From positions 1,056,001 through 1,120,000 of the forward strand of contig CM000434.1 of assembly GCA_000165345.1 (NCBI GenBank): DNA of 64,000 nucleotides. The letters run 5' to 3'. Positions within the stretch are counted from its first letter, which is position 1; each line of letters opens with the position of its first letter. The notes under the pieces are model-generated. The model saw only the letters and a program-made list of their open reading frames with translations, had not been told where the DNA came from and made no database searches. The position numbers were made by a program, and so were the translations under genes. Below are positions 29,908-40,132 of the stretch, in pieces.

Positions 29908-32900
29908 TTATGATCTTGAAGAAAACCTTCTCCAAATTATGACAATTCCATCCGCATCCCCACTTGCTAACAGTGTTGATGATGCATTCACTGCAGTACT
30001 TATTACTGGAGCGGAGTGACCAACTAAAGCTAAATTCTCTTTTTCGCATGAATCATTATTTAACTGGAAAACCCTTACAGAACAATCCTCTGCTGCAGAT
30101 GCTACCCATAGACCATTCCTAGATGAAAAACATGACCTCAAAGGCATCAATGAATGAGGATTCGGAATCCTGAACCTCACCTGTAAAACTACATGAGGAA
30201 CATTCGAAATATCTATCTGACCAGTTGGAGCTTGCAACCGAATATCTATTATAGTTATTGTTGAATCTGCTGCATTTACCACTAATACCGGTAATAATGA
30301 AGAAAGCCCGCCAAATCCCGCGCCGATAGCACTATTTGCATGCGTTTTTCTGACATTAGAATAGTCAGATGATCCATGGACATAAAGCATATTTGTTATA
30401 GCTCTGCTACAAACCTGCATTCCCCTCTTATCAGTAAATCTGAAATCAGTTTCTGTTGAAGTTCTTGATGAAGACTTTGCTGCTATGTTTACAAGAACAT
30501 AAATCCTTCCTTCTTTGCATGCAGCAAAGCAGTAAATTCCAGTACTATCAAAACATAAAGCTCTGATAGTTGAATCAGTTTTAATCTTTTGAGCAACTCC
30601 GACATCTACATTCACAATTCTAAGCAGTGGCTTAGAAGATGAGACAATAAATAGAGATGGTAGAAATGGTAAGTAGGAGCCAACAAGTACTGGAGAGTTG
30701 TCTGAAAATAAGCTAATAGCATGACCAGTAGCTGTTAGGAATCTCCTTACTGTCATATCAATGGATGTAGATAAGAATTCAGATTCATCTGGAGAAAGAG
30801 CTAAAGAGGTGATTGCTCTATTATGCGCTTTTCTTGAATATGCTTCTTCTACTCTTCCGGACCATTCCAAAGATGAATTTTCATCAGCAATACTGTCTTC
30901 TAAACGAGTCTTGTAGCAATAATATGCGTGAATTACCCCATTCTTTCTTGCAACCAAAAGCATTGTATGTGGTTCAGTTGGTATATCTCTACAAAATACA
31001 ATATGAGTAACTGAACTATTCTGATCATCTTTAATATTAATAACTGGCCCAATTCCTCCCTGTTTTTCAACTTGAGTAATGTTAGCTGCTTCTTCCAAGT
31101 CTAATGTTGGAATTAGAAATTCATTTCTATCTAATGTTATTTTAGGTACCGGGAATTTTGGAATTCTAAGACCAAATGCTCTAATTCCATCATTAAATTT
31201 GGAAAAGAGAGAATTATTTAACTGTTTTTGTTGCATTGTATTTCTTTCTAGTGTTAAAGCCAGTTCATCTTTATCAACCATTTCACCTCTGAGGGTGTTA
31301 TTTTCAGCTCCAAATGGGATTCCTTCAGTTTGTTGTGTAATTTTTATATCCAAATGATTTCTGGTATTAATAATCCCCACAATTGATGAAATTAAAGACG
31401 AAATTGAATCTGACTCTATTGATATTATATCCAAATCGCTGGAGATCTTTCTTACTTGTTCAATATCAACCTCTATTTTTGCTGATTCGTGTATTACTCT
31501 ATATAGACTTCCAAACAAAACTACCTTACATCCACTTTCTATAGCTTTTCTAAATATCAAAAAATCATGATTACCAGTACCTTCTTCTAAAGCTTTGAAA
31601 GATTCAATGTTTGCCACGTCATAAACAAAAATTGCAACTCTTGTTCTTGTTAGAAAGCTTTCAATTTGTTGACGTGATTCATCTTCTTCTAAGGCTGTAA
31701 TACTCATTATATTTAATGGCCATCTCTCTCCAACACTTGATTCCCTAACTCTATGGTTAGAACCTTCTGGACCATTGTAAGCATTTTTTAGATATTCTTG
31801 TGAAGAGATGACATGGGCTCCTGGGATATTTGATAACTCAATTGTGAATACCTGTAAGTTATTTTCGTCAACTGAACCTGCGCCAATTTCATCCATAAAC
31901 TTCTTAAGAAGTTGTTTGTCACCACTCCCTGAAGATCCTGCTAACAAAAGTCCGATCTGTCTATCCTGGTAATTTAATACAATTGAGCGAGAATCACGAG
32001 GAAACAATATTTCTGGAATCGATTCCAACAATCCTAACTTTGAAAAAGGATATGAAGATAACCTCAAAAGTCTTTTTATTATTTCTTGTTGTTTTGAAAT
32101 CTCTAATCCGTTCGCAACCTCCTTCTCTTCTCTTTGACTCTGGATTTGAGATGATACCCCCAATATCGAATTACTGCTATCAATATTTTGTGAAACCTGA
32201 TTCTTATTCTGATTTTGGTCCTGATTATGATCATGATCAATACTATCAGAAATAGTACCCAAATCAGAAACTGTTCTCTCTTCAGTCTTACGAGCCAAAA
32301 GCTCCTGATTTAGCTGTTCTCTCTCATCCTTTAGAGAATTACGTTCTGATAAAGCCTTATAAAGTTGGTCCTCCAAACGTGAACAATTGCCCTTTAATTT
32401 CTGAATCTCTATCAATGCCTCCTGGTATTTTGCAAATAATTCACTAAACTCATTCTTCTCCTCCTTTAACTTCTGGAACTGTCTTCTTGCAAGTTTTCCC
32501 CTCCATAATATTTGAGCCTTCAAAACACTTCCTGACAGTCGAATAAAGTATCTCCTCTGCAAATACATCCTAAATGTTGACTGAATTAAACAAACCCTTC
32601 GGATATACAATTTCTCTTCAGCTTCCTTTCTTCTCAAATATACCCTCCATCTTGATTGAATCATTTTGACACATAACTGCATGCATTTCAACTTTTGGCG
32701 CGCAACGTGTCCTCGGAAAATTGTCTGAATTTTCAAAGCAGCCTTTTCTTTAAGTAATAACTTAAATCTTCGTCTGGAAAGAACTCCTTTCCAGATACTC
32801 TGGATGGTAATAATGGCTTTAATAGCCTTCGAGTATTGATTGCGACACAAAATCATCCTCCACAGACTCTGAATCTTTGTAGAAGCTGTATCTCTGACAC

Positions 32901-35601
32901 GTACTCTAAGTTGTTCAAGATCTCGAAAAGCTTCAATCTTCAGAAACACTCTAGTAAGTCCAACTGCCCACTGAGTGGTTTGTTCATGTTTTGAAATCAA
33001 CCCAGAAGAATTTAAATTCTCCATTAACTCAATGATCTGACTCTTTCTTGTATTATTTGATTCAGACAAAGAAGTTACATTCTTTGTTTCTTGAACTTGA
33101 CCTGAATTTAATATACTTCTACACCATCTACCATATTCATCTCTAGACTTACTAATAGAAAGTTGTCCACATGGTGAAAAAAGTATCATATAATCAAGTA
33201 GAAATTCAAAATGTGGAAATCTTACAGGATATCCAGCACGACTAACTTGGATAGCTTGTAGTACTCCACCATACTTGAGTTGTTCTGAGACAGAAATTCT
33301 ATCAAATTCGTCTGGGGAGTTGTTACTATTTGGTTTGATGCATCTGATAAAATGAGGATTTGTTTGCTTAATAGTTGAAATTAGTTTGTTTAACTGATTT
33401 CTAAAAGATGATCCAAGAGTTTGTTGACGTTTTAACTTGGTGTTTGATTCAGAATCTAAGATATGATCTGAGAATTTAGCTTTTATCAAATCTGAAACCC
33501 AAGGATTCTCTGAGCTTGATAAAACTTCAGTGGAATAATGAGAAAGTTGGTCTTTATTTTTCTCTATAAAGTTATCAACACAGTATGAAACAGGGCCTGC
33601 ATAGTGGACTACCACAAAGTTGTTTGGCTTCTTTTTAACAATATCAAACCTGGTATTCTTTCCGCTATATTCCTTGACTAATTTATTCAATAATCCAATA
33701 TTTGATCCCTGTGGAACAAAACACTCTTCATCTATTGCTGGAAGAATTCCCAAAACTGGCTTTTGTTGTTGTAATAATTGAACACAATCTCCATTATCTG
33801 GAAAATCAATTGGATCCCAACTAATATCCTCTTGTATATACAAGTCCTGCTCAATGTTGAAAATATAATCATTAAATATTTGTTGTAATCTTTCATTTGC
33901 AAAGTTAATACAAAGCTGCTCAAAACTGTTATTTGGAAAGCATTCAAAACCAAAAATATCCAGAATCCCACAATACAAATCCTTTTTATCCTTTTCTTGG
34001 TGAGCATCATTAGTTTCATTTTCTCTTGCTCTAGATATCTGAGTGTTTACTAAATGCAAGATATAGTCAAATACTAGAGAATATAATGCTTTTGAAACTG
34101 CATCTTTTGTTGTTTCAGCTTCTTGTACGCTTAAATGTTTCATTATTTCTCCTTCTCTTAACTGAATCTTTCGGCAAGTTAATAGACGAACAATATCATC
34201 CTTAGGTATAGAAAGTAATGAAGAAACAATTTCCAAGTCTTGGAAACATGATTCATGAGGAATTGATGACTCTCCTTCATTTTCTATAAATGTAATATTA
34301 CCCAAGAACATGACTGCTTTAATTATTTTGATGATATTATAAAGTTGGTCATTCGTAATTCCCATAGTTCTTACAGCATATAATGTCCTTTCAAATTGGT
34401 GGAAGTCAGTTTCCTGGCATTCTGAACCCTCCAAGTACTTAAAATTCTTCTCTGAAACTATGTGAGAGAGATCTATTTCCATAGGATTCGAGAATAATTG
34501 CTCCCTTAATTGTGCCATATGAGGATTCAAGACAACATTCTCTGAATTTTTACGCGAAAATAATATGGACTCTGTATTATGTGAAGGGAATCTGTATATC
34601 AGATTCTCTTCATGAGAAGATCCTTGAGAAATAATATGCTTAGCAGCAGAGCAAAGCTGATAAAATATGTGAAAATTCCTCTCTCCTTTTTGTTGATGGC
34701 ATACTCTGACTTTTTCAAGCAAATAAGTATTTATACAGGCACTGCTAATGCACATTGAACTTGAATCAGACTCCAAAGTTGAATTAGAAGTCAACTCAGA
34801 GAACTGAATTTCGATAAACTTTCCAAACCTTGAGGAATTGTTATTTCTCAAAGTTTGAGAATTTCCAAAAGCTTCTAAAAGAGGATTGCTCTGAATAATC
34901 TGATCCTCAACAAATGAATATCTTTTCTCATTTCCAGTACCTGAATCACCAATACCAGAGCTAACACTATTGTTAGATGATCCAACAACTGTCAAAAATT
35001 GAAGAACAAACTTGGTTGTTTCAGTCTTTCCAGCTCCAGATTCCCCACTTATTAATATTGTTTGAGACTTCTTTTGAGTACAAACTCCAGTATATGCCTT
35101 ATTAGTAACACTAAACACATGTGGAATATCGGAATTACTCTTCAGCCTAAACTTCTGAATCATTTCCATAGAATAGAAACCTTCCAAAGTTCTATATGGA
35201 TTTACTGCAATTAAAATTGGGCCGGTAAATGTGTAAATCTTATCAAGATCAAACCTAGAATTAATTGCATGCAAAATTGAAGGCTGATGGAGATGAGTAA
35301 GTTCGCAAAGATCGTCCGGAGTAACCACACCACAATCTGAAAGTTGCTCAGCTGCTCTAATATGAAGCTGCCCCCCCGCCATGTTAGATCCAACCTCCAA
35401 AGGAAGTTTAAAAACAACTTCCTCTGAAACCTCCTCAAGTGTTAACTCATCAACCACATTTGAAACTTTGACTGAAATCTGTGAATCATCCACTCTAGAG
35501 ACAACGCCAGGCCTCCAAACCTCTTTGGGACATGGAATCCATACAAGTGACCCTGGCCCAAAAAGGCCAGTCCCTGAGTCCAGATCTCTGGAGTTCTTCA
35601 T
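29908..35601 (-). CDS. Unconventional myosin heavy chain with a C-terminal WD40 beta-propeller tail (apicomplexan MyoF / class XXII-like), about 1897 aa
   Basis: The track start at 35637 is TTG. The first ATG is 12 codons in, at 35601-35599 (MKNSRDLDSGTGLFGPGSLVWIPCP...). The motor has P-loop GESGAGKTETTK, switch regions and an SH3-like N-terminus. At least five IQ motifs follow (IQSLWR..., IQSIWKGVLSRRRF..., IQTIFRGHVARQKL..., IQSRWRVYLRRK..., IQSTFRMYLQRRYF), then a coiled coil. The tail ends with WD40 repeats (LVGHSAPVISTAVNASSTLLASGDADGIVIIWR). No introns. Class assignment is by architecture only. Confidence 0.85.
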   Translation of the reverse strand: MKNSRDLDSGTGLFGPGSLVWIPCPKEVWRPGVVSRVDDSQISVKVSNVVDELTLEEVSEEVVFKLPLEVGSNMAGGQLHIRAAEQLSDCGVVTPDDLCELTHLHQPSILHAINSRFDLDKIYTFTGPILIAVNPYRTLEGFYSMEMIQKFRLKSNSDIPHVFSVTNKAYTGVCTQKKSQTILISGESGAGKTETTKFVLQFLTVVGSSNNSVSSGIGDSGTGNEKRYSFVEDQIIQSNPLLEAFGNSQTLRNNNSSRFGKFIEIQFSELTSNSTLESDSSSMCISSACINTYLLEKVRVCHQQKGERNFHIFYQLCSAAKHIISQGSSHEENLIYRFPSHNTESILFSRKNSENVVLNPHMAQLREQLFSNPMEIDLSHIVSEKNFKYLEGSECQETDFHQFERTLYAVRTMGITNDQLYNIIKIIKAVMFLGNITFIENEGESSIPHESCFQDLEIVSSLLSIPKDDIVRLLTCRKIQLREGEIMKHLSVQEAETTKDAVSKALYSLVFDYILHLVNTQISRARENETNDAHQEKDKKDLYCGILDIFGFECFPNNSFEQLCINFANERLQQIFNDYIFNIEQDLYIQEDISWDPIDFPDNGDCVQLLQQQKPVLGILPAIDEECFVPQGSNIGLLNKLVKEYSGKNTRFDIVKKKPNNFVVVHYAGPVSYCVDNFIEKNKDQLSHYSTEVLSSSENPWVSDLIKAKFSDHILDSESNTKLKRQQTLGSSFRNQLNKLISTIKQTNPHFIRCIKPNSNNSPDEFDRISVSEQLKYGGVLQAIQVSRAGYPVRFPHFEFLLDYMILFSPCGQLSISKSRDEYGRWCRSILNSGQVQETKNVTSLSESNNTRKSQIIELMENLNSSGLISKHEQTTQWAVGLTRVFLKIEAFRDLEQLRVRVRDTASTKIQSLWRMILCRNQYSKAIKAIITIQSIWKGVLSRRRFKLLLKEKAALKIQTIFRGHVARQKLKCMQLCVKMIQSRWRVYLRRKEAEEKLYIRRVCLIQSTFRMYLQRRYFIRLSGSVLKAQILWRGKLARRQFQKLKEEKNEFSELFAKYQEALIEIQKLKGNCSRLEDQLYKALSERNSLKDEREQLNQELLARKTEERTVSDLGTISDSIDHDHNQDQNQNKNQVSQNIDSSNSILGVSSQIQSQREEKEVANGLEISKQQEIIKRLLRLSSYPFSKLGLLESIPEILFPRDSRSIVLNYQDRQIGLLLAGSSGSGDKQLLKKFMDEIGAGSVDENNLQVFTIELSNIPGAHVISSQEYLKNAYNGPEGSNHRVRESSVGERWPLNIMSITALEEDESRQQIESFLTRTRVAIFVYDVANIESFKALEEGTGNHDFLIFRKAIESGCKVVLFGSLYRVIHESAKIEVDIEQVRKISSDLDIISIESDSISSLISSIVGIINTRNHLDIKITQQTEGIPFGAENNTLRGEMVDKDELALTLERNTMQQKQLNNSLFSKFNDGIRAFGLRIPKFPVPKITLDRNEFLIPTLDLEEAANITQVEKQGGIGPVINIKDDQNSSVTHIVFCRDIPTEPHTMLLVARKNGVIHAYYCYKTRLEDSIADENSSLEWSGRVEEAYSRKAHNRAITSLALSPDESEFLSTSIDMTVRRFLTATGHAISLFSDNSPVLVGSYLPFLPSLFIVSSSKPLLRIVNVDVGVAQKIKTDSTIRALCFDSTGIYCFAACKEGRIYVLVNIAAKSSSRTSTETDFRFTDKRGMQVCSRAITNMLYVHGSSDYSNVRKTHANSAIGAGFGGLSSLLPVLVVNAADSTITIIDIRLQAPTGQIDISNVPHVVLQVRFRIPNPHSLMPLRSCFSSRNGLWVASAAEDCSVRVFQLNNDSCEKENLALVGHSAPVISTAVNASSTLLASGDADGIVIIWRRFSSRS

Positions 35602-35956
35602 AAGTACTTCCAGAGAATTGTGGCAATAATCCTTCAAAAAGAGCCTTGAATTTTTTACTTTCTCTATTTGAAGCTTTAAACTTTAATAAAAAAACATTAA
35701 ATTTTTCAATGCATTTAGACCGGGGTTAATTGATCTCCAATTTTGGCGCCTTTACGATTTTCAGCATCCTTTAACCGGGAAAAGGTCTCCATACATGTTT
35801 TTTGCTATAAAATGCAAATTCAAGATATCCGGGATAGAATGAGGAGCATGGGGTTCGTTCGACTGAAATGCATAATTTTTTCTTATTTAGGGAACTGTTA
35901 ATTTGTCATCCCATATTCTGGGACTTTTATTTTATTCAATTTTAATAGTACAAGGA

Positions 35957-37402
35957 ATGAATAACTTCAAAGTTTCCAGTTTCGTATGCAGAAGTTTTGA
36001 TGAGCTTTACTCCGCTATTCAGACGGAAAATATTGAATACTTGAACTACTCATTTTGTGATACTTTTGGATCCCTTCATCATATTACAATTAGTTCAAAT
36101 TCGTTTAAATCTGGTAAAGATATACAAAAAGGAATTGCATTCGATTCTAGCTCAGTAAGAGGGATGCAGTTTGGAGACTTCTCGGATATGATCGTCGTTC
36201 CAGACTTTGAGAAGGTTTGGATTGACCCATTTTTTGACAGGAAAACCCTCCATGTTGCTTGTTTTGTATTATTCCATACTGGAGAACCTTCCCCTGGTTG
36301 TGTTAGATCAATCTCAAAAAGAGCTCAAGAAGCTCTTTCATTATCCGGGATTGCTGATAAATGTTTTATTGGACCAGAAATTGAATTCTTTGTATTTGAG
36401 TCTGTCAGCTATAATAACTCACCAAACCACAGCTATTTTTGTTTAGACGGCGATGAGGCTTATTGGAATTCTGGTAACAACGCAACTTTCTACCCCCATA
36501 ATAGACCAAATCTTGCAAGTAGAAGACCTCTAAAACAGGCATATTGCGCTCCTTATCCCGTAGATAGAGATTTATCATTGAGAAGTGAAATTCTTGAAGA
36601 GCTTGAGAATATTGGAGTAACAGTAGAAAAGCATCACCATGAGGTTGCAACCTGCCAACATGAAATTGGTGTTCATTGCTCAACCCTTGTTCAGTCAGCT
36701 GATATTGTTGAATCCATCAGATATCTTATAAAAGGAATTGCACATAGAAATAACAAAACTGCCACATTTATGCCAAAACCACTTGGAAATGATAATGGGA
36801 GTGGAATGCATATCAATATTTCTCTTTGGAAAAACGAAAAGAACATATTCTTTGACCCTGAATCAAGTTATTATAATTTATCCAACCAGGCTCTTTACTT
36901 CATTGGTGGAATACTCTCCCATGCAAAGGCTATTATGGCCTTTACAAATCCCACAACCAATAGTTATAAAAGACTTGCTACTGGCTATGAAACTCCAACT
37001 AAGCTTTCATATGGAGCTGGTGACAGAAGCTCTTCTATTAGAATACCTTTGTCAGGGTTTTCATGTACAAAAACCCAAAGAATCGAATTTAGAATCCCTG
37101 ACTCATCTGCATGCCCTCATTTGGCTTTTTCCGCCATTTTGTGTGCTGGAATTGATGGTATTTTGCATAAAATACACCCAGCTGCTTACTTGAATACCAT
37201 TAAGTCTCAAAGTAACGAATATAATTTGCCAAAATCACTTACTGAGGCTCTTCAAAACCTTGAAGAAGATTACGAATTCCTTATCAAAGATGGAGTTTTT
37301 TCGCATGAGTTTATTCTCAACTACATTAAGCTTAAACGCGACGAGGTTGTTCTAGTTGAGTCTTTTCCAACCCCCAAAGAGTTTGAACTGTATTATGACT
37401 GA
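35957..37402 (+). CDS. Glutamine synthetase, prokaryote-type (type I, GlnA-like), 482 aa
   Basis: The track start at 35903 is TTG, encoding a spurious hydrophobic leader. The real ATG is at 35957 (MNNFKVSSF...). GSI signature blocks match E. coli GlnA colinearly: FDSSSVRGMQFGDFSDMIVVPD...IDPFF, GPEIEFFVFE, KPLGNDNGSGMHINISLW, and NSYKRLATGYETPTKLSYGAGDRSSSIRIP. No introns. Confidence 0.85.
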   Translation: MNNFKVSSFVCRSFDELYSAIQTENIEYLNYSFCDTFGSLHHITISSNSFKSGKDIQKGIAFDSSSVRGMQFGDFSDMIVVPDFEKVWIDPFFDRKTLHVACFVLFHTGEPSPGCVRSISKRAQEALSLSGIADKCFIGPEIEFFVFESVSYNNSPNHSYFCLDGDEAYWNSGNNATFYPHNRPNLASRRPLKQAYCAPYPVDRDLSLRSEILEELENIGVTVEKHHHEVATCQHEIGVHCSTLVQSADIVESIRYLIKGIAHRNNKTATFMPKPLGNDNGSGMHINISLWKNEKNIFFDPESSYYNLSNQALYFIGGILSHAKAIMAFTNPTTNSYKRLATGYETPTKLSYGAGDRSSSIRIPLSGFSCTKTQRIEFRIPDSSACPHLAFSAILCAGIDGILHKIHPAAYLNTIKSQSNEYNLPKSLTEALQNLEEDYEFLIKDGVFSHEFILNYIKLKRDEVVLVESFPTPKEFELYYD

Positions 37403-37522
37403 ATTATAAACATTAAATGATATTTTGAAAACTCAAGCCCACTTATATACAAATATTCAGTTTTAAACACTAACTTTTTTTATTTTCTCTTTACTAAATT
37501 TCTCTCTCTTGCTCCAGTTCTG

Positions 37523-37591
37523 TTATGCATGCAAGAATACAAATTACCGTTGCATGTTTTGTAAGTTGGCGCTACACGTAGTGGGCGCCAA
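37523..37591. promoter_or_regulatory. TTATGCATGCAAG + CCGTTGCATG + inverted TTGGCGC-N12-GCGCCAA flanking CACGTA, upstream of RPC34
   Basis: The module is 130-190 bp upstream of the RPC34 ATG (37718) and 120 bp after the GS stop. Confidence 0.45.
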
Positions 37592-37717
37592 GTGTCAATA
37601 AATCAATTTAAATACTCGTAAATGAAGATTTAGGTAATAAGAAAAATAAGAGAATACAAAGTACTTGAGAAATTTGCCAAGCTTTTCAAGGGTTACTAAG
37701 TTATTTTCTATTTATGA

Positions 37718-38677
37718 ATGAGTCAACCTGGAGGTGCTGGGGGCAGTAAGACGCAAATTACAGCTGCTATATTGCAGGAGGCGTATATTCATGGTTGTCA
37801 GAACAATAACGAGCTCAGTCCTGACTCTTTGAAATCATTAGGCTGGGACAATTCTGTAATTGTACGAGTACTGAATATTTTTACCGAGAAAAGGCTTTGC
37901 TCTGTAAAAAAAAATAGGCCATCTGGATTATTAAGCTCTGTAAATAATAAAGTAGTTTTTCAATTAAGAACTGAAGAAGTCGCATGTAAACTTAATAAAC
38001 TCTCCAATGAGGAGTATCTCGTTTTTTGCTCAATAGAAGATGCAGGTAACCAAGGAATTTGGACCGCTGATATTAGAAAAAATACAGGTTTACAAACACA
38101 TGTTGTACAACGAGCAGTAAAGGTATTATGCAATGATTGGAATCTTATCCGGCCAGTTAAAAGTATCCATGTTAAGAATAGAAAAGTTTACATTTTAGCT
38201 TCCTTAGAACCTTCTAAAGAGCTTTCTGGAGGTACTTTCTACGAAAACGGAGAGTTTGATATGGCTTTTGTAGATAGTATTAAGGAAAAGATTATATCCT
38301 TTATAGACAGCAAAAGAAAGTGTACCCTCCAAGAAATACTTGAATTCATCAATTATGATATGAATATGGATTCTTCTTCCGCAAGAAAGAATATATCACT
38401 CTCGGATCTACAATCCGTAATAAATATGCTTATTGTTGAACTTAAAATTATATGTGTCAAAGGAGGAAATTCTAATTCAAATGAAAATTTTTTCATGTGC
38501 TTAAAATGGCCAGAATCCCTCTCTGTTACTCCAGAGGCAGAAGATGTTCCTTGTTTGGCTTGCCCTGTTTTTGAAACATGCTCTTGGTCATTTGAATCTC
38601 AAATACTTCCCTGCCCTCAATTATGTAAATATATTGATTACTCGCTAAAAAATTGCAAACCTTTACTGCCAGAATAA
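37718..38677 (+). CDS. RPC34: DNA-directed RNA polymerase III subunit RPC6 (Rpc34/POLR3F), 319 aa
   Basis: ATG at 37718. The central winged-helix block EEYLVFCSIEDAGNQGIWTADIRKNTGLQTHVVQRAVKVLCNDWNLIRPVKSIHVKNRKVYILASLEPSKELSGGTFY aligns with human POLR3F (EKLVYQIIEDAGNKGIWSRDIRYKSNL...KKVYMLYNLQPDRSVTGGAWY). The C-terminal cysteine cluster VPCLACPVFETCSWSFESQILPCPQLC aligns with the Fe-S Cys cluster APCGLCPVFDDC...NC. Confidence 0.75.
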   Translation: MSQPGGAGGSKTQITAAILQEAYIHGCQNNNELSPDSLKSLGWDNSVIVRVLNIFTEKRLCSVKKNRPSGLLSSVNNKVVFQLRTEEVACKLNKLSNEEYLVFCSIEDAGNQGIWTADIRKNTGLQTHVVQRAVKVLCNDWNLIRPVKSIHVKNRKVYILASLEPSKELSGGTFYENGEFDMAFVDSIKEKIISFIDSKRKCTLQEILEFINYDMNMDSSSARKNISLSDLQSVINMLIVELKIICVKGGNSNSNENFFMCLKWPESLSVTPEAEDVPCLACPVFETCSWSFESQILPCPQLCKYIDYSLKNCKPLLPE

Positions 38678-39108
38678 AATAACTTCAGCCCATCTATATT
38701 GCATCCTCTCTATCCTAGGATAATCTATTATTATAATTTATACTCCTATTATTCACTAAGTACTTGATGAAAATAAACAAATGATTTTTAAATATTATTA
38801 AACTTAGAGACTTAAATCCTAAACAGTTTTCTGAATCTCGTCTATATATCCTATCTTCCTATCCCTAAAAACTACCATCTCCTCTAAGCTTATTACCTAT
38901 ACATGGAAATTTGCATTATCATTGCTCAGCATCATTACTAACTCTCCTTTCCCTTACAAACTTTCTAATAATTAATATTCCATACGAATTCCTGAATCCT
39001 AACAACAACATTGTTAGGAATGTCCAGAAGAAAAAGATCGCCAACAATCAATTCAATTTTCCAAACTCTTATGTTAATAGGCCTCAAAATATACAATTCT
39101 CAATATAC

Positions 39109-39175
39109 GAATGCATGCATTCATGTGGACAACCTATAATTTTGTCCAAATTGAAAATTATTGCATGCACGCGCC
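39109..39175. promoter_or_regulatory. 14-bp perfect palindrome GAATGCATGCATTC plus TTGCATGCACGCGCC between convergent 3' ends
   Basis: The palindrome is at 39109-39122 and the second motif at 39161-39175. The region between the RPC34 stop (38677) and the ankyrin gene stop (39158) is 3'-3'. The second motif actually overlaps the last codons of the minus-strand ankyrin ORF. Confidence 0.45.
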
Positions 39176-40132
39176 TTCCAGGATTTTTACGATTTCTGAG
39201 TGACCTTGTGATTCAGCTGCGTCCTTAGGAGTTAAGCCTTGCTTATTTTTGTATCTTGGGTCTGCACCATTCTTAAGTAATGTTTTTACAGTATTTTCAT
39301 GACCCATAAAAGCGGCAGAAAATATAGGTGTATCTCCAAGAGCGCTCACAGCATTTGGATTTGCTCCTGCATTTAATAGTTTGTTTACTATCTCATCAAA
39401 TCCATTGCTTGCTGAAAAGTGCAAAGGAGTACAGAGCATAACATTCTTAGTATTGGGTTCAGCATTGGCATTTAACAATTCTTCAACTACTTGGCTATGC
39501 CCTTTAAGAGAAGCCCAGTGAAGCGAAGAAAACCCCTTTTCATTTGTAGCATTTGCATTGAATTTGGGAGATGCAATTAGTTGACGAACTAATTGAAGAT
39601 TCCCAATCTTAGAAGCTTTAAGTATTAATGAATTTTGTCTTTCAGCAGGAAGTGAAAATACATCAGTATCGCTTAATATACTAAATTCTGAGATATTATC
39701 TTCAGAATTTGACAATACTGACAAGCTTGAGTTTGTATCTAGCTCGCAAACTTGGCAAGTATCCTTTTCATTCTCAGTCTTATCTAACCGATAAATACTA
39801 CCAGAAGTCCTTCCCTTTCCTTTAATATTATCCTGAAATCTGTTCTCAAACCCAAATGAAGGCAGTTTTTGGCTTCGAATATTATCTTGTTTGTAAACTT
39901 GGTTGCTATTTCCTAATGTCTTTAATCCATTGCTCCTGTTCGAGTTTGAAAATCTTCCACTTGGAGCTATCAGATTTGTATTCACCGCCTCCTCATTTTC
40001 AAGTTGGAAATCCTCATCTGCACTATAATAACAGTCCTCTGGTAAGCTTCCTTTGAGGCTAGCTAAAGCTTTTGTATTGGATGAGCTTTCACTGTATTTA
40101 GTGCTTTCTAGCTCCGACTGTTGATTATCCAT
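39158..40132 (-). CDS. Ankyrin-repeat protein of 324 aa with a Ser-rich N-terminal half and four C-terminal ANK repeats
   Basis: True ATG (cat at 40130-40132). The C-terminus reads NLQLVRQLIASPKFNANATNEKGFSSLHWASLKGHSQVVEELLNANAEPNTKNVMLCTPLHFSASNGFDEIVNKLLNAGANPNAVSALGDTPIFSAAFMGHENTVKTLLKNGADPRYKNKQGLTPKDAAESQGHSEIVKILE. Confidence 0.7.
   Translation of the reverse strand: MDNQQSELESTKYSESSSNTKALASLKGSLPEDCYYSADEDFQLENEEAVNTNLIAPSGRFSNSNRSNGLKTLGNSNQVYKQDNIRSQKLPSFGFENRFQDNIKGKGRTSGSIYRLDKTENEKDTCQVCELDTNSSLSVLSNSEDNISEFSILSDTDVFSLPAERQNSLILKASKIGNLQLVRQLIASPKFNANATNEKGFSSLHWASLKGHSQVVEELLNANAEPNTKNVMLCTPLHFSASNGFDEIVNKLLNAGANPNAVSALGDTPIFSAAFMGHENTVKTLLKNGADPRYKNKQGLTPKDAAESQGHSEIVKILEGACMQ

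Noticed and set aside
36207-37193. 79-, 92- and 151-aa ORFs inside the glutamine synthetase gene
   Set aside because: They are alternate-frame or antisense ORFs inside a colinear GSI match.
38911-39228. 105-aa plus-strand ORF in the RPC34/ankyrin convergent spacer
   Set aside because: It has low complexity, overlaps the ankyrin gene 3' end on the other strand, and spans the palindromic motif cluster, so its coding potential is unlikely.
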